From an uncultured Gammaproteobacteria bacterium (GTDB lineage: Bacteria > Cyanobacteriota > Vampirovibrionia > Gastranaerophilales > CAZEDP01): DNA of 64,000 nucleotides. Position 1 is the stretch's first letter, and every line of letters starts with the position of its first letter. The stretch lies in assembly GCA_964643065.1 (NCBI GenBank), contig CAZXPD010000004.1:5098-69097 (forward strand), written 5' to 3'. The translations under genes were made by a program, and so were the position numbers. The notes below the pieces were generated by a model. The model was not told the origin of the DNA. It saw only the letters and a list, made by a program, of their open reading frames with translations, and did not search any database. Shown here in pieces: positions 8,498 through 16,247 of this stretch.

Positions 8498-9211
8498 CTA
8501 CTTTATCAATCCTTTTGCCATTTGATCAAAAATCACTTTTTCATATTTTGAAAAAGTTTCTGTATCCATCGCAGCTATTTCTGCTCTGGTAAATGCCCTT
8601 GCGGTATTTGATGAAGGTACACCGCAGTTAACGGAAGACTGAAGTCTTGATTTTGCGTTGTTATTTTCGGCTTTCATCTTCAATGCCGCATTATATCCTG
8701 CTTTATAAATCGATGAAATATACTCAACCGCATCTTCAAAGCCCTGTTCTTTCAGACTTTCATTTTGATTCATATCCATCTGTAAATATGCTTCAATTGC
8801 CTGCTTAACTTCGGGAACAGCATATAACTCCTGATATTTTGTCTGAACGTTTCTCAGGACGGACTGGTTTTCAGTCTGAACGGCAGATAAATTTTTCAGC
8901 TTGTTATCAAGCCATTGATTAGCGTATGCTTCTCCTTTATTTTTCAACAGATAATCGAAATGAGCCTGAAGATTCTGAGGATTCAGCTCTTTTTCGCTCA
9001 TTTCAAAAATCGCATCTTCATATTTTTGCCTTAATTTTCTTTCTTCTTCAAGCTGAGATAATGAATTCTCGGTTTCTTCGGCAATTTTAGGAATTGAACT
9101 TGATTCGCCGTTATTAAAGCTGTTTTGAACTATTGGCTGCGAATCTTCATTTTCATTCTGAACCGGGTTTAGACTTAGATTTTCTGATGAGGTGAAATTT
9201 TCGTTTTCCAT
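8498..9211 (-). CDS. Scaffolding-like protein
   Basis: 237 aa, acidic and helix-prone, immediately upstream of the capsid gene. Confidence 0.5.
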   Translation of the reverse strand: MENENFTSSENLSLNPVQNENEDSQPIVQNSFNNGESSSIPKIAEETENSLSQLEEERKLRQKYEDAIFEMSEKELNPQNLQAHFDYLLKNKGEAYANQWLDNKLKNLSAVQTENQSVLRNVQTKYQELYAVPEVKQAIEAYLQMDMNQNESLKEQGFEDAVEYISSIYKAGYNAALKMKAENNNAKSRLQSSVNCGVPSSNTARAFTRAEIAAMDTETFSKYEKVIFDQMAKGLIK

Positions 9212-9357
9212 ATAAACTCCTATTGTTTGTGAAATTGCGTTATAATATTGATTAAAATTTGATTAACATTTAAATTAATACTTGTTTTTAAATCCATATG
9301 TCCAATACGTTTTTATTTGCAAAGAAAATATTCTGTAAGAAAAGAAAATAGTTTTTC

Positions 9358-9696
9358 ATGATTGTTAAAATCGGATTAAATAACAGATTCAAAACTCCGC
9401 TGCAATTTTGCGGAAAACCTTTGAATTCATATAAAATTGCCGATTACCTAAAATTAAAAAACAGAATTGTAAAACTGACCGAAGAAGGCACGGCATTTTT
9501 TCAATTTTTTTTCCCCGGCGTTGAAGTTCCGGAAAGATTTATTATCAAATCCGTTATTGTTCATGGAATTGATGATGAAAGAAAAGTACCTGTCGTCGCT
9601 GTCAGAGCTTTAAAAATTAATAACGGACGAGAAGAAGAGTACGGCTGTTTAAGGACTGTTCTTTTCAAGGATAATTTTGAACCGATTGAGAAATAA
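9358..9696 (+). CDS. Hypothetical protein
   Basis: 112-aa ORF on the opposite strand inside the phage cluster. Confidence 0.4.
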   Translation: MIVKIGLNNRFKTPLQFCGKPLNSYKIADYLKLKNRIVKLTEEGTAFFQFFFPGVEVPERFIIKSVIVHGIDDERKVPVVAVRALKINNGREEEYGCLRTVLFKDNFEPIEK

Positions 9697-9802
9697 TTAT
9701 TTAGTTTTGTAAAATTTATCCCCTTTACTGTCAAAAAAATTTATTCACTGCTTTTATATTATTGTAAATTATTTATTTGTGTTCCAAAAGGAGAGTTGAA
9801 TT

Positions 9803-10045
9803 ATGCAAGTACAAAGCTTAGTCCCGTATGTTGAAAGGGTAATGGTCAGACCTGATCGAGCAAACTTCTTTACTGCTATAAATCTACTTAGTAAACCGGA
9901 TCGCATTTTCGAAGTTGTTAGCAGAAGAACGCAAACTTTTGCAGGTGGAAACAACTCAATAGATTTTATAACTCTTAAAGATACAGTTACGAACAGGTTG
10001 ATAAAAGACGTTTTTGCAGATGATGTTTTTAGTGTTTTAGCATAA
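9803..10045 (+). CDS. Hypothetical protein
   Basis: 80-aa ORF with aaaggagag upstream of the ATG. Confidence 0.45.
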   Translation: MQVQSLVPYVERVMVRPDRANFFTAINLLSKPDRIFEVVSRRTQTFAGGNNSIDFITLKDTVTNRLIKDVFADDVFSVLA

Positions 10046-10047
10046 AC

Positions 10048-10296
10048 TCACTCCCCAAAAACCTTATCAAGCTCCTCTCTGTAAAAAGAGACACGTTCTG
10101 CTTCGTTTTCAACGAATGAGAACACCTCTTTGATACCTGCAAGGTACGGGACAATATTTTCATTAGCGTTTAGAGAGATATTAGAGAGCATTTTATCTCT
10201 GAATATTTCTTTTAACATATTATAATTGCTGTCAATGTTCAGTTCTCTGAGCTTGACGGCAGTTTGATATTTAGCGTAAAGTTCCTGATAGTTCAT
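10048..10296 (-). CDS. Hypothetical protein
   Basis: 82-aa ORF convergent with 9803..10045. Confidence 0.4.
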   Translation of the reverse strand: MNYQELYAKYQTAVKLRELNIDSNYNMLKEIFRDKMLSNISLNANENIVPYLAGIKEVFSFVENEAERVSFYREELDKVFGE

Positions 10297-10348
10297 ATAT
10301 ATACCCCATAATTACTTTAAATCAGACAATATAAATGTATTGATAAGG

Positions 10349-10491
10349 TGCCGTCTCTTGAAACGGCATCGTAAGGTTTTAATCTAATTTCTATATTCTC
10401 GTGTCATTCTCAGCTCCATAGGGCGTGAGAATCTGCAAGCATTATGCGTATTCCCGTCACCACAAGGAGGGCTTTCAGCCCGACGTGGTGA
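10349..10491. repeat. Cluster of three short GC-rich hairpins (REP-like) just outside the locus B junction
   Basis: Hairpin 1 is tgccgt/acggca (10349..10368). Hairpin 2 is attctca/tgagaat (10406..10432). Hairpin 3 is tcaccac/gtggtga with an inner gggct/agccc stem (10457..10491). Confidence 0.45.
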
Positions 10492-10562
10492 TGCAAAAAA
10501 GTCAAATCCCAACCCCAATAGATAGCGTAAATAAACCCTAACAGCCAATTTATATAACCCGC

Positions 10563-10868
10563 TTACCTCAAATTATATTTATTAGCCAATATATCAAGGA
10601 CACTTTTAGTCCTCTTCCTCACCCCGTCTTCATCAAGAAAGTACGGGCGATCCCTAGCCTCGGGAATAGATTCATAATTTGCAATTCCCATTCTTATCTG
10701 CGCAAGAAATTCATATATTTCTTTACTATAATTGTGGATAACTTCTGTATAATCTACAAAATAATTCTCAAACTCAATACAAAATTCATCTATATCAATT
10801 TTATTACCCAGAAAATCATTCGACATATTTATTAAATAATGTATGTGCTTTATTGCTTCATTTGTCAT
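10563..10868 (-). CDS. Small cytoplasmic immunity-type protein, orphan copy with no adjacent toxin
   Basis: 101 aa, differing from 846..1151 at only two nucleotide positions. Homology stops exactly at the ATG. Confidence 0.65.
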   Translation of the reverse strand: MTNEAIKHIHYLINMSNDFLGNKIDIDEFCIEFENYFVDYTEVIHNYSKEIYEFLAQIRMGIANYESIPEARDRPYFLDEDGVRKRTKSVLDILANKYNLR

Positions 10869-10909
10869 TTAATGAAATTTCCTATTAAACTCGGCATGTG
10901 AAAAATACT

Positions 10910-11488
10910 TTACCCATATATAAGGTCAAATCCAAAATAAATATCAAGACAAAACAATACTAAAGTTAAAAATAAAAGTAAAATTGCTTTGCCGAATTGT
11001 TTTTTATATAGCTGATAGAAACTGGCAAGTAGGACCAATCCAAAAAAATAGAATGCCCAAAAAAAACCAAAGCCTAAAAGATTTCCTTGTTCTAGAAAAG
11101 CTTCATGCGAAGGTTTGCTTAGCATAAAACGGGATTTTTCGTTATATGCTAAGCAAAAATATAGGACTTCATACGATACAAGCAAGACAATTGGTTGCCA
11201 CCAAACGTTAAAAAATCTCCTTATTATATTTTTAACGTATTCTTTATCTGTAAATTTATAAATCAGCCAAATAAATAAACCGGAAAGAACTAATCCGACT
11301 CCCAGCAATTCAATATCCAAATCCATTCTATTAAATCTGTTAAACCATAGATTATCCTCTAAAAAAATGCCAAGCAAAGCTAAACATTCCAATAAGGCGT
11401 ATGGGATAACAAAAAATAGGGCAAACAACTCAAGATTTAAATATTTTTTGAAGAATTTAAACATTCTCATTTTATAGCATCTAAGCAA
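10910..11488 (-). CDS. Multi-pass membrane protein, orphan paralog of 2789..3367
   Basis: 192 aa. The upstream intergenic cctttgccaatatt is conserved with locus A, but no toxin C-terminus precedes it. Confidence 0.55.
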   Translation of the reverse strand: MLRCYKMRMFKFFKKYLNLELFALFFVIPYALLECLALLGIFLEDNLWFNRFNRMDLDIELLGVGLVLSGLFIWLIYKFTDKEYVKNIIRRFFNVWWQPIVLLVSYEVLYFCLAYNEKSRFMLSKPSHEAFLEQGNLLGFGFFWAFYFFGLVLLASFYQLYKKQFGKAILLLFLTLVLFCLDIYFGFDLIYG

Positions 11489-11622
11489 CCCTTTGCCAAT
11501 ATTATTTATTCCTGAATTATATACTGAATTATATTCAAATGCTTATAAAACCGAAAATGCATTAATAAAGTTGATAATTGTTTGCTATAAAATATGATTA
11601 GTTATTAGATTTTTAATAAATT

Positions 11623-12468
11623 ATGAATATTGGGAATTATAAAATTCAGTTGACTCGCTGGTTGATAAAACAACTCGCAAGCCCGTATTTGGCAATTTTT
11701 TTTATTATTACAATATCTGTCTTTTATCTGCAAATTAACGGTTGGGCAGTAAAAGATTATTATTTTGATCGAGAAAAGGCACAAATTGCGGTTGATAAAA
11801 GTTATGACGGGACATATAGCAATAATCTTATAAGAGAACTTGATTTGTTGACTAATAAGAAGTTCCTTCCCGTAAATCGGTCATATAATGCTTTAACGTT
11901 CTCTTTTATGTTATTATTACTGTTAATTATACTGAAAGTAAATTCTTACGAAGATTTTATAAAATTACCGGCTTTATCAAATAAAATAATTATATTTTCA
12001 TGGATTAATGTTTCTTATATCTTATTTTCTTATTTATTTATAGCTAAATTAATGAATGATATTGTTATTGAAGTTTTGCCCAGCACTGCTGACAGTTTAA
12101 GTATTCCTGAGTTATCAGCAGCCGTGTTTCTTTTTATTATAGCTATTCCCTATTATATTTTTACAAATCTATTTTTCTTTATTACATATAGAAAAACATA
12201 TAATATGAAAGTTGCTTTGAATAAATCTCTTCTTTTTTATAAACCGTTATTATCTTGGAAATATGGTTTTATAACTTTATTTCATATTTTTTCTATAATC
12301 TTATGTTTATTTTTGCTGATTGATTGGTTGCAGGGAAAATTTTATCTCTCTTTTTCCATCCAAATTATCCTGTCATTTATATGGATTTACCTTAATATAT
12401 CAGCTCTATCTGTACTTGCGAATAAATTTATTTCAAGTACAGAAAAACAAAACAACACCGTAATTTAA
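11623..12468 (+). CDS. Multi-pass membrane protein of unknown function
   Basis: 281 aa with about 7 hydrophobic segments. It is the only plus-strand gene inside locus B, convergent with 12512..13336. Confidence 0.5.
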   Translation: MNIGNYKIQLTRWLIKQLASPYLAIFFIITISVFYLQINGWAVKDYYFDREKAQIAVDKSYDGTYSNNLIRELDLLTNKKFLPVNRSYNALTFSFMLLLLLIILKVNSYEDFIKLPALSNKIIIFSWINVSYILFSYLFIAKLMNDIVIEVLPSTADSLSIPELSAAVFLFIIAIPYYIFTNLFFFITYRKTYNMKVALNKSLLFYKPLLSWKYGFITLFHIFSIILCLFLLIDWLQGKFYLSFSIQIILSFIWIYLNISALSVLANKFISSTEKQNNTVI

Positions 12469-12511
12469 GATAACTTTTAAAAACAGCGTTGTTTTGCCTT
12501 TATATCAGATT

Positions 12512-13336
12512 TTACTTGTTATTCAATATTCTTGCTACTTGATACTTATCCAATTTGATATAAATAACTATAAAATAATTTTTTAGCAGACCTTTTTCTT
12601 GCAGATTGTACGCAGTTTTAACTAAAATGTTTCCTTCATTTGCAAAATTATAAACATCAATAACAATGGCATTAAAATTTCCGGCTTTGTCCAAGTGAGC
12701 ATTTATAATATCGGCAGAATTAATACTGTTACGTAGATCTTGCTTGGATTTAAATGTTTTTGAGCCATTTATGAACTGTCCATTTATCAATTTGGTTTTA
12801 TTAGTTAGTATAAACTCTTTGATATCTTGAGAATGAGCTATCTTATCAGCAAGAGGGTGTTTTGAAAATAAAATAACACCGGGACAATCAGAATTACCAA
12901 GTTGTGCTTTTATCTTGGACTCCACCCAAGCACGTATTGAGGGATCGTGTATATTATTTATACTGCCATAATAGAGACTATTTAAGGCATTTCCAATAGG
13001 ATAATTTATATGTGTTGAATGCAAAAATAATTTCGAAGATTCGGGGACATTAAAAACATTTCCGTATTTTTCGCCAACGTGAGCGCCAAAATCCATATTA
13101 TTTTTTAGCATTTGGTCGAACCAATTTGGTGAATTGTTCTTACTAGAATTTTGGCTATGGATAGTCTGACTAATAACCTTACTTGAAGATTGAGCAGGTA
13201 GACCACCACCACTTCCCTGATTTCCGTACCCATCCGCAATCCCCTGATAATCCTCATTTTGGAAGAGACTTTCAATATGATTCAGAGCTTGAGAATGTTT
13301 ATTCAGAGCTTGTTTCTTGGCATGTATTTTTTGCAT
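12512..13336 (-). CDS. Orphan C-terminal module of the DxYDF family (displaced 3' part of a 14138-type gene)
   Basis: It starts MQKIHAKKQALNKHSQALNHIESLFQNEDYQGIADGYGNQGSGG, identical to residues ~269-312 of 14138..15796. It then diverges into its own C-terminus with SDCPG ... LDKAGNFNAIVIDVYNF ... KNYFIVIYI. Confidence 0.6.
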   Translation of the reverse strand: MQKIHAKKQALNKHSQALNHIESLFQNEDYQGIADGYGNQGSGGGLPAQSSSKVISQTIHSQNSSKNNSPNWFDQMLKNNMDFGAHVGEKYGNVFNVPESSKLFLHSTHINYPIGNALNSLYYGSINNIHDPSIRAWVESKIKAQLGNSDCPGVILFSKHPLADKIAHSQDIKEFILTNKTKLINGQFINGSKTFKSKQDLRNSINSADIINAHLDKAGNFNAIVIDVYNFANEGNILVKTAYNLQEKGLLKNYFIVIYIKLDKYQVARILNNK

Positions 13337-13518
13337 CAGTTGACCGTATTTAGACTGATTTGTCGTATTTACGGCTTCATCAACAATTTTCTTCAGTTCA
13401 TTCCCTTGTTTTTGCAGAGATGATTTAGATTTGTTAATTGCTCTCTTTAAATTCGTCTTGGATAATTCAATGCTATTAGAATACCTGCTGATTGCTCCTT
13501 AATATTTTGAACTGACAG
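13205..13518. repeat. 314-bp recombination handle (partner 14861..15174)
   Basis: Manual alignment gives 6 mismatches in 314 bp, and the first ~200 bp are identical. Homology extends 182 bp upstream of the orphan ATG, where TCA (Ser214 in the full-length gene, 15155..15157) is TAA (13499..13501). Confidence 0.85.
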
Positions 13519-13558
13519 ATTTATTTCCGTCTATTTCATTTTCAAGTTTATTAATCCA

Positions 13559-14131
13559 CTACATTTTCTTTAATAACATTAAATAGCTTTTGATTTTCCT
13601 AAAAAGAAATAAAAATATAAAAATTGCCAAATAGCTTCCTGTTAATCCTCCAAAAACTAACCTCCAAAATAGATCTGAATCTGAATAAAAGTAAGAGTGT
13701 TCTACAAAAGTTCGTGCAAAATATGAAGATATAATTGCAAAAATATCAACTATTATAGCAAACAATACTATCCTTAGTTGGAGGTTACTATTTTGAAAAA
13801 TAAGTCTAATCCATGTTATAATTTCCACGTTTTTACTCTGTCTTAGAATGATAAAGATTGTTAATGGTAGTAATAAATATTTTATAATTATTAAGAGAGG
13901 CATTAAATATACCGCCAACATCAATATAACAGAAATGCCCTCTATTTGTGCTTTATATAGCCAATCAATATATGAATACCCCATATATGCAAGATATGTT
14001 GCTATGAGTGGAAATATATTTGTTAAAATAATTAAATTTGCAAAAACAAATAAAATAGTCTCCCATTTTAATAGATTTTTAACTATAATTTGCCAGTTCA
14101 ATTTTTCTATAATTTTATCAATCATGAACAA
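13559..14131 (-). CDS. Multi-pass membrane protein, candidate immunity partner of 14138..15796
   Basis: 190 aa with about 5 hydrophobic segments, starting 6 nt after the toxin stop. Confidence 0.55.
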   Translation of the reverse strand: MFMIDKIIEKLNWQIIVKNLLKWETILFVFANLIILTNIFPLIATYLAYMGYSYIDWLYKAQIEGISVILMLAVYLMPLLIIIKYLLLPLTIFIILRQSKNVEIITWIRLIFQNSNLQLRIVLFAIIVDIFAIISSYFARTFVEHSYFYSDSDLFWRLVFGGLTGSYLAIFIFLFLFRKIKSYLMLLKKM

Positions 14132-14137
14132 TCAAGA

Positions 14138-15796
14138 TTATCTAGCTCTATTTATTTTAACAAAAACTATGACAAAATAATTTTCGATATTCTTATTTTC
14201 TTGCCAAGTTTCCATTTGGTTATTAATTTGAGCTTTAATGCTGTATTGATTTTTCATTTTACTAAAATCATATATATCAAAAATTAATGCATTTAAATTT
14301 CCGTTTTTATCAATCCATGCTTTATAAATTGTGGCATTATGCAAAGAATTTGCCAAATCTGTATCACGATAGAAGAAAACTGGTTTGAGAGTTATTGAAC
14401 CTTTTTTAAATAAATCATCTTTGTTTCTATATATTACATCTCTAAAGTCATTGGAATTTTGTATTTTTTTTGCGACATTCGATTCTGAGGTATAAATTAC
14501 TCCCTTACAATCTGATTTGTGTAATATATCACGGATTCGTTCTTGTAGATAAGTTCGTAATTGTTTGTCATTGATTTGTCGAATACTTTGAATCAACTGG
14601 GCATTTGGATTATTTAAAACTTCTCTAAGCCAAGTTAGCGAGTTATGGGCAAATTCTGTTGCAATGGGTACATAAGGTACATTTTTAAGTTTTCTAGCAA
14701 TATCAAATTTCATTCTATCCCAAAATTCTGAAGGTTCATGTAAGTCGGAACTTTTGAGAGTTTTATTTAAATCTGAATAAATATTTTGATTTCTGGCATT
14801 ATTATAATCTGATTTTTTATGAGTCTTACTGGCTGAGTTATTTTCTCCAACATTGGGTACACCACCACTTCCCTGATTTCCGTACCCATCCGCAATCCCC
14901 TGATAATCCTCATTTTGGAAGAGACTTTCAATATGATTCAGAGCTTGAGAATGTTTATTCAGAGCTTGTTTCTTGGCATGTATTTTTTGCATCAGTTGAC
15001 CGTATTTAGACTGATTTGTCGTATTTACGGCTTCATCAACAATTTTCTTCAGTTCATTTCCTTGTTTTTGCAGAGATGCTTTAGATTTGTTAATTGCTCT
15101 CTTTAAATTCGTCTTGGATAATTCAATGTTATTAGAATACCTGTTTATTGCTCCTGAATATTTTGAACTGACAGGCAATGACAGATTTTCTTTATTAGCT
15201 TTACTCGAAGCAATTTCTTTCAGACTGTTCATACTTTGTACTATTTGTTTTGCAAGGTCAGCTATTTCTTTAAGTTCGGAAATATTTTGTTCCTCATCTT
15301 CATTCGACGGTTGAGGATCAGGCTCTGGAGGTGGCTCAGGTTGCGGATCAGGTAAAGGCTCTTCCTGATCGTCCGGCGGTACAGGCAGCATTACCCCGTC
15401 GTTATTTTTATATACGTTTTTTTCAACACTTCCTTTATAAACACGCGGAATTTTTTCTTCACTGTTATTGTCCTGAGTATTATTATCATTATTTTCGTTC
15501 TCATCCCCCTCAACTCCCATCCCCCAACCATTTGACACTCTGTTGGGAGCAGAGCGGTAATGCTCTCTGACATTCGTTCCGTCATCTTTTGTATAAGCGC
15601 TTACGTGAACAACTCCACTGCTTTCCTGCAAATCGCTTTCAGAGGGTATTCCAATTACACCCAGTTGATAATCAATAGCTTTTTCATTAGCCGCAAATTC
15701 AGCCCTTGGCATTTTTGCGACTTCCTCTCTTGTGAATATTTTATTTGAATTATTCAATTTTGGATTTATAAATCCTGCAAAATTTTTTCTATCCAC
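14138..15796 (-). CDS. Modular polymorphic-toxin-like protein B (same architecture as 3382..5082)
   Basis: GTG start. The N-terminal 85 aa are shared with protein A. The linker is PDDQEEPLPDPQPEPPPEPDPQP and the hinge is DGYGNQGSGG. The C-terminus carries SDCKG ... IDKNGNLNALIFDIYDF ... ENYFVIVFV. It is the first minus-strand gene after the portal. Confidence 0.7.
   Translation of the reverse strand: MDRKNFAGFINPKLNNSNKIFTREEVAKMPRAEFAANEKAIDYQLGVIGIPSESDLQESSGVVHVSAYTKDDGTNVREHYRSAPNRVSNGWGMGVEGDENENNDNNTQDNNSEEKIPRVYKGSVEKNVYKNNDGVMLPVPPDDQEEPLPDPQPEPPPEPDPQPSNEDEEQNISELKEIADLAKQIVQSMNSLKEIASSKANKENLSLPVSSKYSGAINRYSNNIELSKTNLKRAINKSKASLQKQGNELKKIVDEAVNTTNQSKYGQLMQKIHAKKQALNKHSQALNHIESLFQNEDYQGIADGYGNQGSGGVPNVGENNSASKTHKKSDYNNARNQNIYSDLNKTLKSSDLHEPSEFWDRMKFDIARKLKNVPYVPIATEFAHNSLTWLREVLNNPNAQLIQSIRQINDKQLRTYLQERIRDILHKSDCKGVIYTSESNVAKKIQNSNDFRDVIYRNKDDLFKKGSITLKPVFFYRDTDLANSLHNATIYKAWIDKNGNLNALIFDIYDFSKMKNQYSIKAQINNQMETWQENKNIENYFVIVFVKINRAR
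14861..15174. repeat. 314-bp handle inside the full-length gene (partner 13205..13518)
   Basis: See 13205..13518. The offset between copies is 1656 bp. Confidence 0.85.
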
Positions 15797-15866
15797 AATT
15801 ATCAGTCCATTAGTTTTGTATATTTTTAGTACAATTAATCCATAGCAACTTATAAGGTAAATCCAA

Positions 15867-16247
15867 ATGACAAACTATTTAGCGGTATTCATAGGCGGTG
15901 GGATAGGCTCTTTATTGAGATATTTAATTTCCTTGTATTTTATAAAACATATAACTAATTCGTTTCCCTATGCCACATTTACTGTAAACTTAATAGGCTG
16001 TCTTTTTATAGGCTTTATAATTTCCCTTTCAATGAACAAACCAGGCTTGTGCGGAACCAGCCTCCTTTTATTCCTTACGGTTGGAATTGCAGGAGGCTTT
16101 ACAACGTTCAGCACATTCAGCTACGAGACTTTCGCTCTTTTAAAGAACGGAGCTTTATCTGTAGCTGTTGTTTATGTTTTTCTGAGTTCATTGTTAGGCT
16201 TATTTGCGGTTTATATGGGTTCATTACTCGGGAAAGCATTCAACTGA
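15867..16247 (+). CDS. crcB: Fluoride ion channel CrcB/Fluc
   Basis: 126 aa with 4 TM segments and the motifs GGGIGSLLRY and GGFTTFSTFSYE. Confidence 0.9.
   Translation: MTNYLAVFIGGGIGSLLRYLISLYFIKHITNSFPYATFTVNLIGCLFIGFIISLSMNKPGLCGTSLLLFLTVGIAGGFTTFSTFSYETFALLKNGALSVAVVYVFLSSLLGLFAVYMGSLLGKAFN

Noticed and set aside
13205-15174. A diversity-generating retroelement template/variable repeat pair
   Set aside because: The 6 mismatches are not adenine-specific (c/t, a/c, c/t, c/t, g/t, t/g). No reverse transcriptase or accessory gene is present. The homology lies in the constant part, not the variable C-terminus.
15797-15866. A fluoride riboswitch upstream of crcB
   Set aside because: The 70-nt AT-rich leader has no recognisable crcB-motif pseudoknot elements by eye.
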